DNA of 63,630 nucleotides, filler included, from Octopus bimaculoides (taxonomy: Eukaryota), in assembly GCF_001194135.2 (NCBI RefSeq). It is 7 parts of 6 records of this genome, joined end to end, with 100 filler letters (N's around TTAATTAATTAA, not from the genome) between each part and the next. Parts side by side here need not be neighbours in the genome. Positions count along the whole stretch, not along the records: positions 1 to 31,860 come from NC_068981.1; 6 more parts are not named here. The stretch is one strand, 5' to 3'. The notes beneath the pieces are model-generated. The model worked only from the letters and a program-made list of their open reading frames with translations, was not told where the DNA came from and searched no databases. The position numbers and the translations under genes were made by a program. Below are positions 1-13,329 of the stretch, one piece after another. The stretch's first letter is position 1. Each line of letters starts with the position of its first letter.

Positions 1-60
<60 letters not shown>

Positions 61-220
61 TTTTAAGTGTGTTTGACTTCACAAATTTGATAACTGGTGT
101 TGGTATGTTAACGTCATCTTTAAAATCTAAACGGCTTGGGGTCGAATTGTTCCACAAAAATCCCTTGAAGGCAGTGCCCAAGCATGGCCACGGCTAAATA
201 ACTGAAACAAGCAAAAGAAA
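61..220 (+). mobile_element. Degenerate SINE family A tail
   Basis: ggggtcga...gcagtgcccaagcatggccacggctaaataactgaaacaagcaaaag aligns with the tail at 48268-48467. Confidence 0.6.
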
Positions 221-694
221 AGAGATGGATGGGTTGTTTTGTTTTTATTATTATTTTTGAACATTCAACAAAAAAATTTACAGGCGTCTCCACGATTTAC
301 TTTGAATCAAAATACATGGAACGTAATGTACCCATAAAGAAATGATATATTTTCTTGACAAGCAGCTTTAAAAACTAGAATCCTTAACCCAGCAGTAGGA
401 TTACACTTAATTTAGGATGTTAAAACCACTTATTGACTCAATAATAAGAATTTTCCACATATAGGAGGAACTACCTAAGAAATAAACTCTATGTAATCAC
501 TGAAAATGTACATAAACGTGGATTTCCTTGAATATTTAGACATCAGTATTACATAAAACATATTGCAGTATATGCCTGATATTTATCAGAGCGGAAATAA
601 ACATATCGAAGCGAAAATTGTTTATATATTCTAGAATCGGAACTGATTTTCTCCAAATATCTCAGCACACACACACACATGCCATTACTATTTT

Positions 695-1752
695 ACTCTT
701 TTACTTGTTTCAATCATTTGACAGCGGCCATGCAGGAGCACCACCTTCAATCGAGCAAATCGACCCCAGGACTTATCCTTTGTAAGCCTAGTACTTATTC
801 TATCGAAATCTTTTGCCGAACCGCTAAGTTACGGGGACGTAAACGCACCACGATCGGTTAGGGGGACAAACACACACACACACACACACACACANNNNNN
901 NNNNNNNNNNNNNNNNNNNNNNNNNNNNNNNNNNNNNNNNNNNNNNNNNNNNNNNNNNNNNNNNNNNNNNNNNNNNNNNNNNNNNNNNNNNNNNNNNNNN
1001 NNNNNNNNNNNNNNNNNNNNNNNNNNNNNNNNNNNNNNNNNNNNNNNNNNNNNNNNNNNNNNNNNNNNNNNNNNNNNNNNNNNNNNNNNNNNNNNNNNNN
1101 NNNNNNNNNNNNNNNNNNNNNNNNNNNNNNNNNNNNNNNNNNNNNNNNNNNNNNNNNNNNNNNNNNNNNNNNNNNNNNNNNNNNNNNNNNNNNNNNNNNN
1201 NNNNNNNNNNNNNNNNNNNNNNNNNNNNNNNNNNNNNNNNNNNNNNNNNNNNNNNNNNNNNNNNNNNNNNNNNNNNNNNNNNNNNNNNNNNNNNNNNNNN
1301 NNNNNNNNNNNNNNNNNNNNNNNNNNNNNNNNNNNNNNNNNNNNNNNNNNNNNNNNNNNNNNNNNNNNNNNNNNNNNNNNNNNNNNNNNNNNNNNNNNNN
1401 NNNNNNNNNNNNNNNNNNNNNNNNNNNNNNNNNNNNNNNNNNNNNNNNNNNNNNNNNNNNNNNNNNNNNNNNNNNNNNNNNNNNNNNNNNNNNNNNNNNN
1501 NNNNNNNNNNNNNNNNNNNNNNNNNNNNNNNNNNNNNNNNNNNNNNNNNNNNNNATATATATATATATATATACATATGCATATATACGACGGGCTTCTT
1601 TTAGTTTCCGTCTACCAAATCCACTTACAAATCTTTCGTCGGCCCGATGCTATAGTAGGAAACACGTGCCGAAAGTGTCACGCAGTGGAACTGAACCCTG
1701 AACTATGTGGTTAGTAAGCAAGCTACTTGCCACACAGCCACTCCTGCGCCTA
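695..1752 (-). mobile_element. tRNA-derived SINE family A (tRNA-like head + CORE-like segment, internal microsatellite, conserved tail); interrupted by an N gap
   Basis: The head at 1587-1752 (reverse complement ggagtggctgtgtgg...gggttcagttccac) and the tail at 695-894 both match many other copies in the window. The (CA)/(TA) tract and the gap lie between them. Confidence 0.85.
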
Positions 1753-2486
1753 TAAAGTGTGTGACGTTTATTGCTTAACTTCGTCGATCGGACGAGAACC
1801 GTGCTCTCAGCGTGATATACACATCTGAAATGTTTGTGTGTGCGCCATTAATTTGAATTTGCTAGGCAGCGTTTGCAAACGTATTGAACAACGCATCTAA
1901 TTCCTGTAATATATTATAAAATATAATGCATGGGCAATCCCTGACTAGAAATTTTTATAAAAGTAACATAGCACGCAAGGCTCCAAAACCATAAACATAT
2001 TTACCGATGAGCATAGAGATTTACAAACATATGCAGACATAAGTGTTGGTTTCAAGAGTGGATGGGGAAAAAAACAGGTTTCGATTCCATATCTCGATAA
2101 TTATATTTATCTGCGTTTATTGTCTCTCTCTTCTCTCTCTGTTTCTCTTTCTGTCTGTCTCTCCCTCACCCCCTGTGCTTCTCTCACTACATGTGCCTAT
2201 GCATGTGAATATACTTCCGTAAATACTTCTACACACATATGTAGAGACATACATACGTACATATGTATATGGGTTTCTGTGTATGTATATATGTATATGG
2301 GTTTCTGTGTATAAGTATGTGCGTACATATACATATTCATACATCGTACATACATCTACATACATATATACATCGATGCGAACCACTGGCATAAGCCTAC
2401 CGACCGGTATCTTCGAGTATAGTCCTAATGCCGCATGGTGCGTCTTTGATTTGCAATGCTTCTCCCCAGTTCGACGAGGTTTTGTG

Positions 2487-2680
2487 ATGACTGAAACGAA
2501 AGAACACCATGCTTCTGTGAAAGTCAGCTTTCTGCTGACGAAAACGGTGGCCATGCATCAAATGGAGGACAGAGACGCTGCCATTAGCGAATCACAAGTT
2601 TACGAGCGGTGTTTATGTTTTAAGAATGATCACTTACCGCTTGAGGGGACAACTACTTCTCCTGACCCTCATAGAGTGTT
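2487..2680 (+). mobile_element. Mariner-type transposase N-terminal (HTH) remnant
   Basis: The translation MTETKEHHASVKVSFLLTKTVAMHQMEDRDAAISESQVYERCLCFKNDHLPLEGTTTS resembles the mariner N-terminal pattern (R..IKFCFLLGKT...A.MS..QVYEWF..FK.G..SLED..RSG). No DD34D domain or TIRs were seen. Confidence 0.65.
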
Positions 2681-2908
2681 AAATGTAAAAAAATTCTAAT
2701 CACCGACTCGGATAGGTGGAGGTGCAAGAACGCAAGACCAGATGTTTTGCAATATTTCTGACTGCGCATTGTGTTTTAACTTCAAATAATGTTAAAGTTT
2801 AGGTTGTGAAACTAATACGTTGCTCGCTTTAACACCTTCACTTCTCATGTGGGGTGCCATTATCATACATCTCAAACTTCGTCATTCTTATTCGTGCTTG
2901 ACCTTCAC

Positions 2909-2990
<82 letters not shown>

Positions 2991-3799
2991 ATACAAACAC
3001 ACTTTCACACACATATATAATGGCGTATCGGGATTACATATATCAATAGAAATATTCAGCGTAACGAAGTGACTCTATGTAAGTACATATGAATGCATGA
3101 GAGGGAAATAAGCTATTTACGAAGATTGTATAATAGCTTACAAATATACATGTTTGCGTGTGTGAGTTTGTGAGTGAGTGTGCCTGTGGTTGTGTGTATG
3201 TGTGTGAATTTGATATATTGCATTCACTATTCTGAAGCAATTTTAATTTCATAGTTATTGGAAAATAAGTACTTTCTAGGTATGCAAAGAAGTGTATATA
3301 TCATATTTTAAGTCTGGATATATTGGAATGCATTGGTCCATGTTATATATTACTGGCTATATTTCACACGAAACCACTGGCGCTTAGACTAAGACTGTTT
3401 CTATCTGATATCCTTCTAAATATATTTTTGACGTTATATTTCATGATAAGGTTTATGATACTCTGTCTATGTAAATCTAACTTCCTTCAATATATCATTC
3501 CATTCAATGTCGGTGTGTATGTGTATTGCATACACACGCACACGTTCGCACATGCTCACACATATATACATACATATACATATTATACATATATATATAN
3601 NNNNNNNNNNNNNNNNNNNNNNNNNNNNNNNNNNNNNNNNNNNNNNNNNNNNNNNNNNNNNNNNNNNNNNNNNNNNNNNNNNNNNNNNNNNNNNNNNNNN
3701 NNNNNNNNNNNNNNNNNNNNNNNNNNNNNNNNNNNNNNNNNNNNNNNNNNNNNNNNNNNNNNNNNNNNATATATATATATATAACATGAATAATATACA

Positions 3800-4040
3800 A
3801 ATATATGAATATATCCATACATATATGTACATACCTACATCTATATGAATACATACATGCATATATGGGTACAGGACATCACAAAAAAACGTTAAACACA
3901 ATGAGAAACGAAAACATAAAGACGAAGACAGAAAATGAACTTATTTCGGACAACGAAAATAACAGAGAAACGAAACTTGCAACAAAAAGAATATTCCCCT
4001 TCTTCAGTTGTCCCTGTTCCATCTACTCCGCGTTTCAAAT
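3800..4040 (-). repeat. Dispersed repeat family E, possibly a Penelope-like terminus
   Basis: Homologous to 9826-9990 (-) and 59672-59870 (+). All three share gtcctgtacc..atatgca...gtaggtatg.aca and the GAAACGC...CTGAWGAAG motifs. Confidence 0.6.
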
Positions 4041-4139
4041 ATATATATATATATATAGACGTACATACATACATACACATATACGTATATACATATATAT
4101 ATAATAAGAATTTACAAAAACAAAAAGACGAAGACGAGT

Positions 4140-6161
4140 GTGTAAACATCAAATAAATGTATTAGTTTAACGCTCGGGAAGTAAGAAAGTCTTTTTGGTT
4201 TCGAGCCTACGCTCCTCGACAGAAAGGAACACAGAAAGAAACAGGGAGAGAAAATAGAAAAATGTTTAGTGGCTAGCGATCTATCATGGTGAATGCCGGA
4301 CAGAGGGTGCCCACAGGAGAGCTAGGAAGAAGGGGAGATAATAAAGTAGTGGTGATCCTAAAACGAAGGTACACATGCATGTGTATGTGAGTGTGGAAGG
4401 GTGCTGGTGACATTGACATGTGCGTGTGTGCATGTGTAGCTGTGTGGATGATGGTGTAGGCGTTGGGAAGTGGTCAGTGCTAGTGCGTGCGAGGTAGTGT
4501 GATGCCGTGTGGTGTGGTATGGTGGTTTTTGGTGTAGTGGTGTGTGGTGTAGAGGTGTGGTGGATGCGAGAATGGGGAAGCAAGGGTGAGTTCTAACGGA
4601 TGAGGTGCGATGGGATGAGATGTGTAGAGATGGTGGGGTTTGAATGTGTAGTTATGGGGTAACGAGGGAGAGCTGACGACGAAGGTAGACGGTAGAAGGG
4701 AGAAGGTGGGTAAGAGAAATGGTGAAAGAAATGGATATCTCGGAGGTGTTCCAAGAACCGGTCAGCCAAGTAGCATCCCGTTTGACTGATGTGTAGAAAA
4801 GGACAGAGAGAGCAGGAGATGCAGTAGATGATGTTGCTAGATGTGCAGGTGAATGAGACAGTGATATGACAGGGTCGATGATGGGTGTCAGTGAGGGGGG
4901 GGGTGTTGGAGAGGTAAGGGCAAGTGCGGCAGCGTGGGTGGGAGCAGGGAACGAGCCGAGTTTTGAGGTTAGGTTAGGGAAGAAGTTGTGGACCAAGAGG
5001 TCTCGTAGGTTGTAGGCTCTTTTGGAGNNNNNNNNNNGGCAAGTGCGGCAGCGTGGGTGGGAGCAGGGAACGAGCCGAGTTTTGAGGTTAGGTTAGGGAA
5101 GAAGTTGTGGACCAAGAGGTCTCGTAGGTTGTAGGCTCTTTTGGAGGAGGGAAGAGGTCGGTTAGGTAAGACGTGCGAAGTGGAGAGGTCGGACTGGAGT
5201 CGCCGGAAGGCTCGGAGAATGGTGTGTTAGAGAGGTAGCGTGGTGGGGTGTTAGGTGAGGTGAAACGGGAGACGGGTTTCGGCGGGGCTGGTGCGGGGGG
5301 CAAGAGTAGATGTACGATCCTCCGAACGTGCTCTGTCAAAGTCGGTGTGGATATTGGTGAGGGGATATCCACGTAGGATGAAGTGGTGAGCCATGAGTTG
5401 AGACTGAGTCCAAAAGTCTTGGTTGTCACTACAGAGCCTGCGTAGATGGAGGAATTGGGAATAGGGGATAGAGAGCTTGGTTTGTTTAGGTTGGGAGGAG
5501 GAGAAGTTGTGGTATGAGTGTGAGTCTGTGTGTTTGTAGTGATTGGACGTGTTGAGAGCGGAGGGATGAATGCTGACCGAAATGTCGAAAAGACGACTAA
5601 GGTGTCGGAAATAGTGCAGGAGAAGTGGGGGGCCAGGATGGAAAGGTTTGACAAAAGAGAGGAACGAATCTAGATGTTCGCGGGAGAGTGAGGTCGCAGC
5701 GATACATTCTCAATATAACAGAGTGGGACCAGTGAAACTGGAGAATATTTGGGTATCAACGTAGCCAACGAACAGGTTCGCATAGTTCCCATGGCCACTC
5801 CCGAAATTCTGCAGGTAAAAAATCACCAGCGTCAGGTTGGGTGTGGGTCGAAGGTCAAGAAAATGTTGGAGTGCACGCAGCCCCTCGTGGTGAGGGATCA
5901 CCGTGTATATACTATTGATGTCAAGAGTGAAGAGAAGTTTAGAGGAATGAGGAGGGAATGAGAATAAGTTGAACAAACAAAGAGCATGTTTGGTGTCATA
6001 GAGGTGAGAGGGGAGGGAAGCCACTAGAGGGCAAGGATACGGTCAATATATCGGGTGATGTGTTCGGCGGGGCAGTTGCAGGCAGAAACGATGAGGCGGC
6101 CAAGGTTGTTAGATTTGTGGATTTGGGGGTAGAACTTAATTGTGGGAGTGCGAGGGCTGCT
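4140..6161 (-). mobile_element. Penelope-like retroelement, decayed: RT, thumb, GIY-YIG endonuclease and terminal repeat
   Basis: Frameshifted translation gives FYPQIHKSNNLGRLIVSACNCP, LFTLDINSIYTVIPHHEGLRALQHFLD, YANLFVGY, IPYSQFLHLRRLCSD and AYNLRDLLVH. The endonuclease region reads CSHPRCRTCPY...FTCTSSNIIYCISCSLCPFLHISQTGCYLADRFLEHLRDI. The terminus 4165-4290 recurs inverted at 41654-41785. Confidence 0.93.
4191..4226 (-). ncRNA. Degenerate minimal hammerhead-like motif in the Penelope terminal repeat
   Basis: The minus strand reads cttt-CTGTCGA-G-GAGC-GTAG-GCTC-GAAA-CCAA-aaag. Stems I and II are intact; the cleavage triplet is mutated. Confidence 0.5.
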
Positions 6162-6731
6162 GACATATTTATGCATGTATATGTAGATATGTGTGTGTAT
6201 GCATTCATTATATAATGTTTTCAAAGTAATAAAGACCACTTTGTAATAGAATTGACATTCATTTTCCTCTTTCTTTGATGACATTCCATACCCATGACGA
6301 AGATTTTTCTCCTTCCACCTCCAGTCAATCAATCTCTGTTTCGCAATCCCTGCTTTGTCAGTCAAATATAGCAGCATGTGACTCTTAACAACTAACGACT
6401 TTTCACTTCTCCAGGAATCACAGCAACTATCTCTCTTGTACGTAATATGGCGATATATTCTAAGAAAACTCATGCGAGGGTGATTCTTCATGACTCTCAT
6501 AATTCAAATTTACATTATTGTGGGACCGCTGTATATTACTTTAATGAAGTAGCAGCATTTAAATAATAATGGTTTCTTTATTATATCAGTTCACTGTATA
6601 ATGTCGATGGATTTGTGAGGAACGCAAACACGTTCTTCAAATCAGCATGCAATTTCAATCATTGCGACATGCACAAATCTGGTTATCGGCTTTTCTTTGT
6701 TTACATTTCTCTTTTGCCCTTTCCCACTCAC

Positions 6732-6830
6732 CTTGTAGAATACAACAGGCTCCAGCTCTCCGTTGCTTCTCATTTCATTGACAAATCTGCTTTGTTGTTT
6801 TACTGTGTGTTTAAGCGTTTTATTCAGAAT
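6732..6830 (-). CDS. Candidate internal exon (ILNKTLKHTVKQQSRFVNEMRSNGELEPVVFYK), product unknown
   Basis: Acceptor ttcattttgcag, consensus donor AAG|GTGAGT, 99 nt, phase 0-0. Only this frame is open. No recognisable homology. Confidence 0.35.
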
Positions 6831-7338
6831 CTGCAAAATGAACTGAAACAAATGACATGTGTATTCTATGTGCTGGGTCATCATGACATTGATTTCAATG
6901 TATAAAGCAACAACGATTTTTAATTCCATTCAGAAACAAATACGTAAATCTGTTAGACTTTTCTAACATTTCTACTGTCAGGTTTCTATTATTTTTCTGT
7001 TTTACTACTCTCTTCGGTCTAATGGAGTTAATGCAATTATGTTTGACCACGTGACCCAAAGACGATATNNNNNNNNNNCAATCATATATATATGTTTTTC
7101 ATGCGAATGTAAGTCGGTTAATATGTATATGTCTTTCTTTTCGTTCGTGTTCTTGAGTGTGTGTTTATATTTTTGAACCTGTGTATTTCTACGTGTTTAA
7201 TAGATTGTATGTTACGATGATCATTCGAAAATATAGCGCAACGTATTAAAAAAAAAAATTGTTGAAACCTAAAATTGTACTGCTCTGTTACTTGGATCCT
7301 TAATGTATTTCTTTGATATAGCTTTCCAGTATGCATAC

Positions 7339-7426
7339 GATGCTTGGCATTGATTTATCCTTGTCCCTTAGTTCATCTTTAGGTATATCACTTATATTGA
7401 AAGGATTAAGAACCAGAGTTTTTAAC
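7339..7426 (-). CDS. Candidate exon (LKTLVLNPFNISDIPKDELRDKDKSMPSI)
   Basis: Acceptor catttag and donor ATC|GTATGC. It ends in phase 0, compatible with the 6732-6830 candidate. Confidence 0.22.
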
Positions 7427-9286
7427 CTAAATGTGTCGTATAAATGTGCCACAAAATGTGAGTAGATAATTAGACTTAATAACCTTCACAAAAAGTAACT
7501 TAATACAGTCGGGACATCTAGAAGATTGTGTGATACCTAGTCTAAAGGGATACGAAAATTATTCATAATTCATATTTAATTATATTCATTGAATCTCCTG
7601 ATTTCAAACAAAAACATTGCTTTTGCTCTTGACCGATATTAAAATAGGTATTTAAATTATGTACCGCACTGATAACATTCTTTAAATATTTACTTTCAAT
7701 TCGGAGGTTTAGTATTTGAATACGTTTCATACATATTCAACGGATTTATGAAGTGAGAGGATGGTATTTAAAAACCTTCCAAATTTTTATGTAGAATCAC
7801 AATTGTGTATTTAATCAGCATTTATTTCGATTAGGTTTGATGCATTTGAAACGTATCAATTAGGCAAGAATCATAAATTCACTTATTAACAATGTCTGAT
7901 ATAAATTATGAAATATTAATATCATTGCTGGAAGGAGTAAATTATGCATAGATATCAATTAGCATATCCGATCTGTCTTCATTTATATCTTACGTAACCA
8001 ATAATGGATAGAAGTATGATCCCAATGCATCAAATCAAACCAAAGGTTCTTCACCCAGCGTTATACAATCAAAGATAATTTCATCCGTTCTGTCCCTCGT
8101 TTTAATGATCTAATCTACATATACATATATCAAGATATTCCATAGCATATTACACTATGATTTCTAAATTCAAATATATGCATACATATCCACGCACATA
8201 TTTCACGTGCTTTGTTTCTTATACATTCAACATACATAAATACATATACAAGAACAGACATATGCATGTGTCTGATTATTTTACTAAAACTTCGATGGAA
8301 CGACCACATAGCACATTTGAAGAATCAAATTATTGCCTGCAGAATGAGTTGACAGGAAGACAACCTTCTTACCGTGCTCACCTGGGAACGCTATAAGGAA
8401 TATAATGAACGACATGAATGCAAAATTGAAAACGATAGGCTCTAACGTTAGATTAGTATTTGATCAAGATTTATTCAAGCAAGCGCATTAAAGAGAACTG
8501 GCTTTCGTTCATCAAATTTCACTTAAAATGTTGTATTGCTGATGCCAGCGTATGCAATATACATACCTGTATTTCATACATGCACNNNNNNNNNNNNNNN
8601 NNNNNNNNNNNNNNNNNNNNNNNNNNNNNNNNNNNNNNNNNNNNNNNNNNNNNNNNNNNNNNNNNNNNNNNNNNNNNNNNNNNNNNNNNNNNNNNNNNNN
8701 NNNNNNNNNNNNNNNNNNNNNNNNNNNNNNNNNNNNNNNNNNNNNNNNNNNNNNNNNNNNNNNNNNNNNNNNNNNNNNNNNNNNNNNNNNNNNNNNNNNN
8801 NNNNNNNNNNNNNNNNNNNNNNNNNNNNNNNNNNNNNNNNNNNNNNNNNNNNNNNNNNNNNNNNNNNNNNNNNNNNNNNNNNNNNNNNNNNNNNNNNNNN
8901 NNNNNNNNNNNNNNNNNNNNNNNNNNNNNNNNNNNNNNNNNNNNNNNNNNNTATATATATATATATATATTTATTTAGGTAGATAGATACATACATACAT
9001 AACACATAAATACATGCATACATACGTACATATACATACACTAACACACACATGCATCGATAAAGATAGATTTGGCCAGTCTATATGGTTACTCTTGTTT
9101 TCACGACCCGCCGTAACTGTTTTTATCTATATACTCCTCTGATCTAGAGTGTGCTTCTATTTCGGATTTATGATCTACTGGATATATGTACGTGTGTGTG
9201 TGTGTGTGTGTGTCTGTCTCTCTTTCTCTCTCTGCCTTTGTGTGTGTCTGTATGTAGGCATGTATGTATGTATACATGTATATATA

Positions 9287-9317
<31 letters not shown>

Positions 9318-9825
9318 NNNNNNNNNNNNNNNNNNNNNNNNNNNNNNNNNNNNNNNNNNNNNNNNNNNNNNNNNNNNNNNNNNNNNNNNNNNNNNNNNNN
9401 NNNNNNNNNNNNNNNNNNNNNNNNNNNNNNNNNNNNNNNNNNNNNNNNNNNNNNNNNNNNNNNNNNNNNNNNNNNNNNNNNNNNNNNNNNNNNNNNNNNN
9501 NNNNNNNNNNNNNNNNNNNNNNNNNNNNNNNNNNNNNNNNNNNNNNNNNNNNNNNNNNNNNNNNNNNNNNNNNNNNNNNNNNNNNNNNNNNNNNNNNNNN
9601 NNNNNNNNNNNNNNNNNNNNNNNNNNNNNNNNNNNNNNNNNNNNNNNNNNNNNNNNNNNNNNNNNNNNNNNNNNNNNNNNNNNNNNNNNNNNNNNNNNNN
9701 NNNNNNNNNNNNNNNNNNNNNNNNNNNNNNNNNNNNNNNNNNNNNNNNNNNNNNNNNNNNNNNNNNNNNNNNNNNNNNNNNNNNNNNNNNNNNNNNNNNN
9801 NNNNNAGTAAATGAGTATATGCATA

Positions 9826-10020
9826 TATACGTACAGGTATGTGCATACCGACATCTACCTGTATGTATAGGTGCATATCTGGGTACAGGAAATTGCAAAC
9901 AAAACGTAGACGAGAAAACACACAAGCCACATAGAGAACATTCTACTTCATCAGCTACCCCCGTTTTAACACCGGCGTTTCGAAGAGCTGGGCAGGACGC
10001 ATCGTTAAAACGGCTCTTCC
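9826..10020 (-). repeat. Dispersed repeat family E copy with interleaved inverted repeats
   Basis: Close reverse-complement match to 59672-59870. Confidence 0.65.
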
Positions 10021-11199
10021 CATGGACCGCAAATTAAATTTGTATACACAAATTAAATCTTGCCATGGAGGAATGTAGTGGCGGACAAAAAACAAGACAG
10101 GAAAACAAACAGAAAAGGCTTTACGGCCAGACGAGAAAAACTATATGTGTATGAACGCTGTGAGGCATATATAAGCAAATTATGTCATCCAGTCTTTTCC
10201 TTTATGGCTGTTTCGAATAATGAATGACTTGATGTGCAATAGTATTGTAGGTGCAGCACACTTTGTGTGACATCCGTTATGAGAAATCATGTTATCCTCA
10301 TCTGAATTTTCTGACAAATAGATTAGCAGAGAACGGTCTTTCTAAATGTATAAGTGCAATGGGAAAGGAGATAAGAAGTATTGAAGGCAGGGTTAAAATG
10401 AAAATATTAAAGTGGAGAAAATGGAATGCAGGGAAAAGTGTGATGTTACAAAATTGGTGTTAGTAATTAAAAGCTGTCACATAAAGTCATCAAGAAAATA
10501 ACAGAGATAAACTTGGCTATAAAAATTGTGAAGTAGTCTAAAGAAGCTACATCAAAGGGAGGACAGTGACTACTAATACAAAACAAACAAAGAAAAAACT
10601 CAGAGTGAGAAAAAGAATATGTGCAGTGGGCAGTCGATACAGAGATGCAAGCAGACACATATTACATAATATATCAGTCGTGAGAGAAGATAAGAAAAAA
10701 AGAAACGAAAAATAGAAATTATAAACATGATGCTAACGGGCTGGCGGTTGCGTCAAGTAAAGCAATCAGTAAAATGGGAGTGGAAGAAAGACATGTAATT
10801 TCAAGATTGTAAGAGAGGAAGGAGACATAGAAATACGTTTTAGTTGGCGTATAATTGGAGGTAGTAATTAATATTCACGCTATGCGTATGACTGGTCGTA
10901 TTATTAGTATTCACACTACCGTTTTTAAATTTAGTTTAACAAGAATATAGGCGATGATAAAATTAATACAAGGCGTTACATGCGACATTATACTTGAGTT
11001 TTCAGTTTAGCCTCCATTAGTTTTATGACAAGAGAAATAATGAAAGTGTATAATCCCTAAAAAAATTATTACTAACGTTGATGCTATTTATGTAAGCGGT
11101 AATAGCAGTATCTACATCTTTCGTATTGTTATGCGAGCGTGCTACTTTTCGAATCGACGTAAGCTGGGATCTCTAGTAAACAACTAGTAAACTAATTAA

Positions 11200-11363
11200 A
11201 AGAAGAAGAAGAAGAAGAAGAAGAAGAAGAAGAAGAAGAAGAAGAAGAAGAAGAAGAAGAAGAAGAAGAAGAAGAAGAAGAAGAAGAAGAAGAAGAAGAA
11301 GAAGAAGAAGAAGAAGAAGAAGAAGAAGAAGAAGAAGAAGAAGAAGAAGAAGAAGAAGAAGAA
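11200..11363 (+). repeat. (GAA)n microsatellite
   Basis: Perfect trinucleotide run. Confidence 0.98.
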
Positions 11364-12562
11364 GACGACGACAGCGTAGGGTGGTATACAAAAAATGCCG
11401 TGGAGCAATTGTTGAAACATCGAAGAAGGCTGGCGTCATCAAACTTGAGAATTGTGCAAAAAGAAAAAAAGAAAAAGATTAAGGAAGAATTGAACGCAAA
11501 ACAAGAAACAGCATTGAAGGAGAAAAATATGTACGATCAGTTCGTATGGGAGGTGAATGCCAAGACAGATACAAAGGACCGGTGGCAATGGATGTGAAAA
11601 GGTGACTTAAAGATAACAGAGACAGAAGCACTCATCTGCGCAGCTCAAGCACAAGCGTTAAGCACTATGTGAAGTTTGTAATCGACAACACTACCGACAG
11701 CGACAAATGCAGAATGTGTGGTGAGTGGGGTGAAACGGTATGGCACATTGTCAGCAAATGCCCGAAATTAGCACCACGTGAATAGAAAAAATGCCATGAC
11801 AATGTAGCAAGAATGATCCATTTAGAGTTCTTTGGAAATCACTGCCTATAAAGAGCAAAGTCGTGGTATGCGCAAACCCAAGAAGGACTTACCGACAATG
11901 AGAAGTGCAAATATTGTGGGATGGAATGATTCAGTGACATCAACTGACCAGACATCGGAACCAGCCATTGTTGTAGTGAATAAAAAAAGAAAGGTCTTTA
12001 ATGATAATCAACATAGCATGCCCTGATGACAACACGGTAAAAGAAGCAAAAAAAATTAAACAACTATGACTAATTTATTTCTTTATTGCCCACAAGGGGC
12101 TAAACATAGAGGGGACAAACAAGGACAGACAAAGGAATTAAATCGATTACATCGACGCCAGTTCGTCACTGGTACTAAATTTATCGACCCCGAAAGGATG
12201 AAAGGCAAAGTCGACCTCATCGGAATTTGAACTTAGAATGTAACGGCAGACGAAATACCGCAAAGTATTTCAACCAGTGTGTTAACTTTTCTACCAGCTC
12301 ACCGGAAATACGAAGGATGTGATTAATGATAAGAGTAGACGGGATACCAATAGTAATTGGCACAGTTGGAAGTATTAGCTCTCAACTACCAGCATGGCTC
12401 AAAAAACATTGGTGCAAATTTGTCAGTAGAACACCTACAAAAATCAGCATTGCTAAGTTTTCTTCGCAAGGTACTTGGAGCATGACCAGTAAAAAGTGTC
12501 ACATTAGTCTCCTGGCTGTAGACACCTGACCCTTTTCATAATAAGCTGTGAGTTTTAATCAC

Positions 12563-12565
<3 letters not shown>
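11364..12565 (+). mobile_element. R4/Dong-clade non-LTR retrotransposon, 5'-truncated 3' end (CCHC + restriction-like endonuclease), split by a SINE
   Basis: Translates to SVGWYTKNAVEQLLK, ETEALICAAQ, CRMCGEWGETVWHIVSKC and GIPIVIGTVGSIS. A (TAA)n tail follows from about 12565. Confidence 0.88.
12075..12304 (-). mobile_element. tRNA-derived SINE family B inserted in the R4-like element
   Basis: Reverse complement of the 42329-42558 copy (ttcaaattccgccgaggtcgactttgcctttcatcctttcggggtcgataaa). Confidence 0.9.
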
Positions 12566-12593
<28 letters not shown>

Positions 12594-12819
12594 TAAAAAA
12601 TAAAAATAAATAAATAAATAAATAAATAATGACAATGATAATAGATTCTCTCTGGTCGAACACAACTTCTCTATACACAGATAATACAGAACAGGTCAAG
12701 GTCACTGTTGCTGTTGTTCGCTGCTAGTAGTAGTTGACATTGAACTCTTTTTGACCGATCGGATCCTATCCCACGCAAAGAAAAAAAGAATATTATATGA
12801 GCCGTACTTGCTACTAATA

Positions 12820-12849
12820 CAGCGATTACAACTACTACTGCTACTACTA

Positions 12850-12897
<48 letters not shown>

Positions 12898-13200
12898 CTG
12901 CTACTGCCGCTGCCGCTACCACTGCTGCTGTTGTCACTACTACTACTATTATTACCACTGCTGCTGTTGCAGTTCCTACTGCTGCTGCTACCACAGTTGC
13001 TACTGCCACTACTACTACTGCTGATGTCGCTAGTACTACTACAATTTCTGCTACTGCTGCTACGACTGGTAATGCTGCTGTTGCTGCTGCCACTACTACT
13101 ACCATTACTACTGCCGCTGCTGCTGCTGATTGTGATATTGTTGCTGCTGATTGTGATATTGCTGCTGCTATTACAACTACTGTTGCTGCTGCTGCTGCTA
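12820..13200. repeat. Degenerate (CTA)/(CTG) trinucleotide tract
   Basis: Low-complexity sequence; source of the poly-L and poly-A/V ORFs. Confidence 0.9.
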
Positions 13201-13329
13201 ATCAGGATAAATGCGGCCCCTGTATGAAGATTAGTTGTTAAAATATTATTCTAACAAAAATGAAAATTTAATGATTCAACTTTTCTTAAAAAGAAAAGAA
13301 AATTTCAAACAGTACACCGAATCGCTTGT

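Noticed and set aside
4919-5146. Exact 109-bp direct repeat (4919-5027 and 5038-5146)
   Set aside because: It flanks a 10-N gap, so it is an unmerged contig overlap.
9961-10019. HDV-like ribozyme interpretation
   Set aside because: P3 cannot form fully and the catalytic C/A J4/2 segment is missing. It is kept only as a generic structured-RNA lead.
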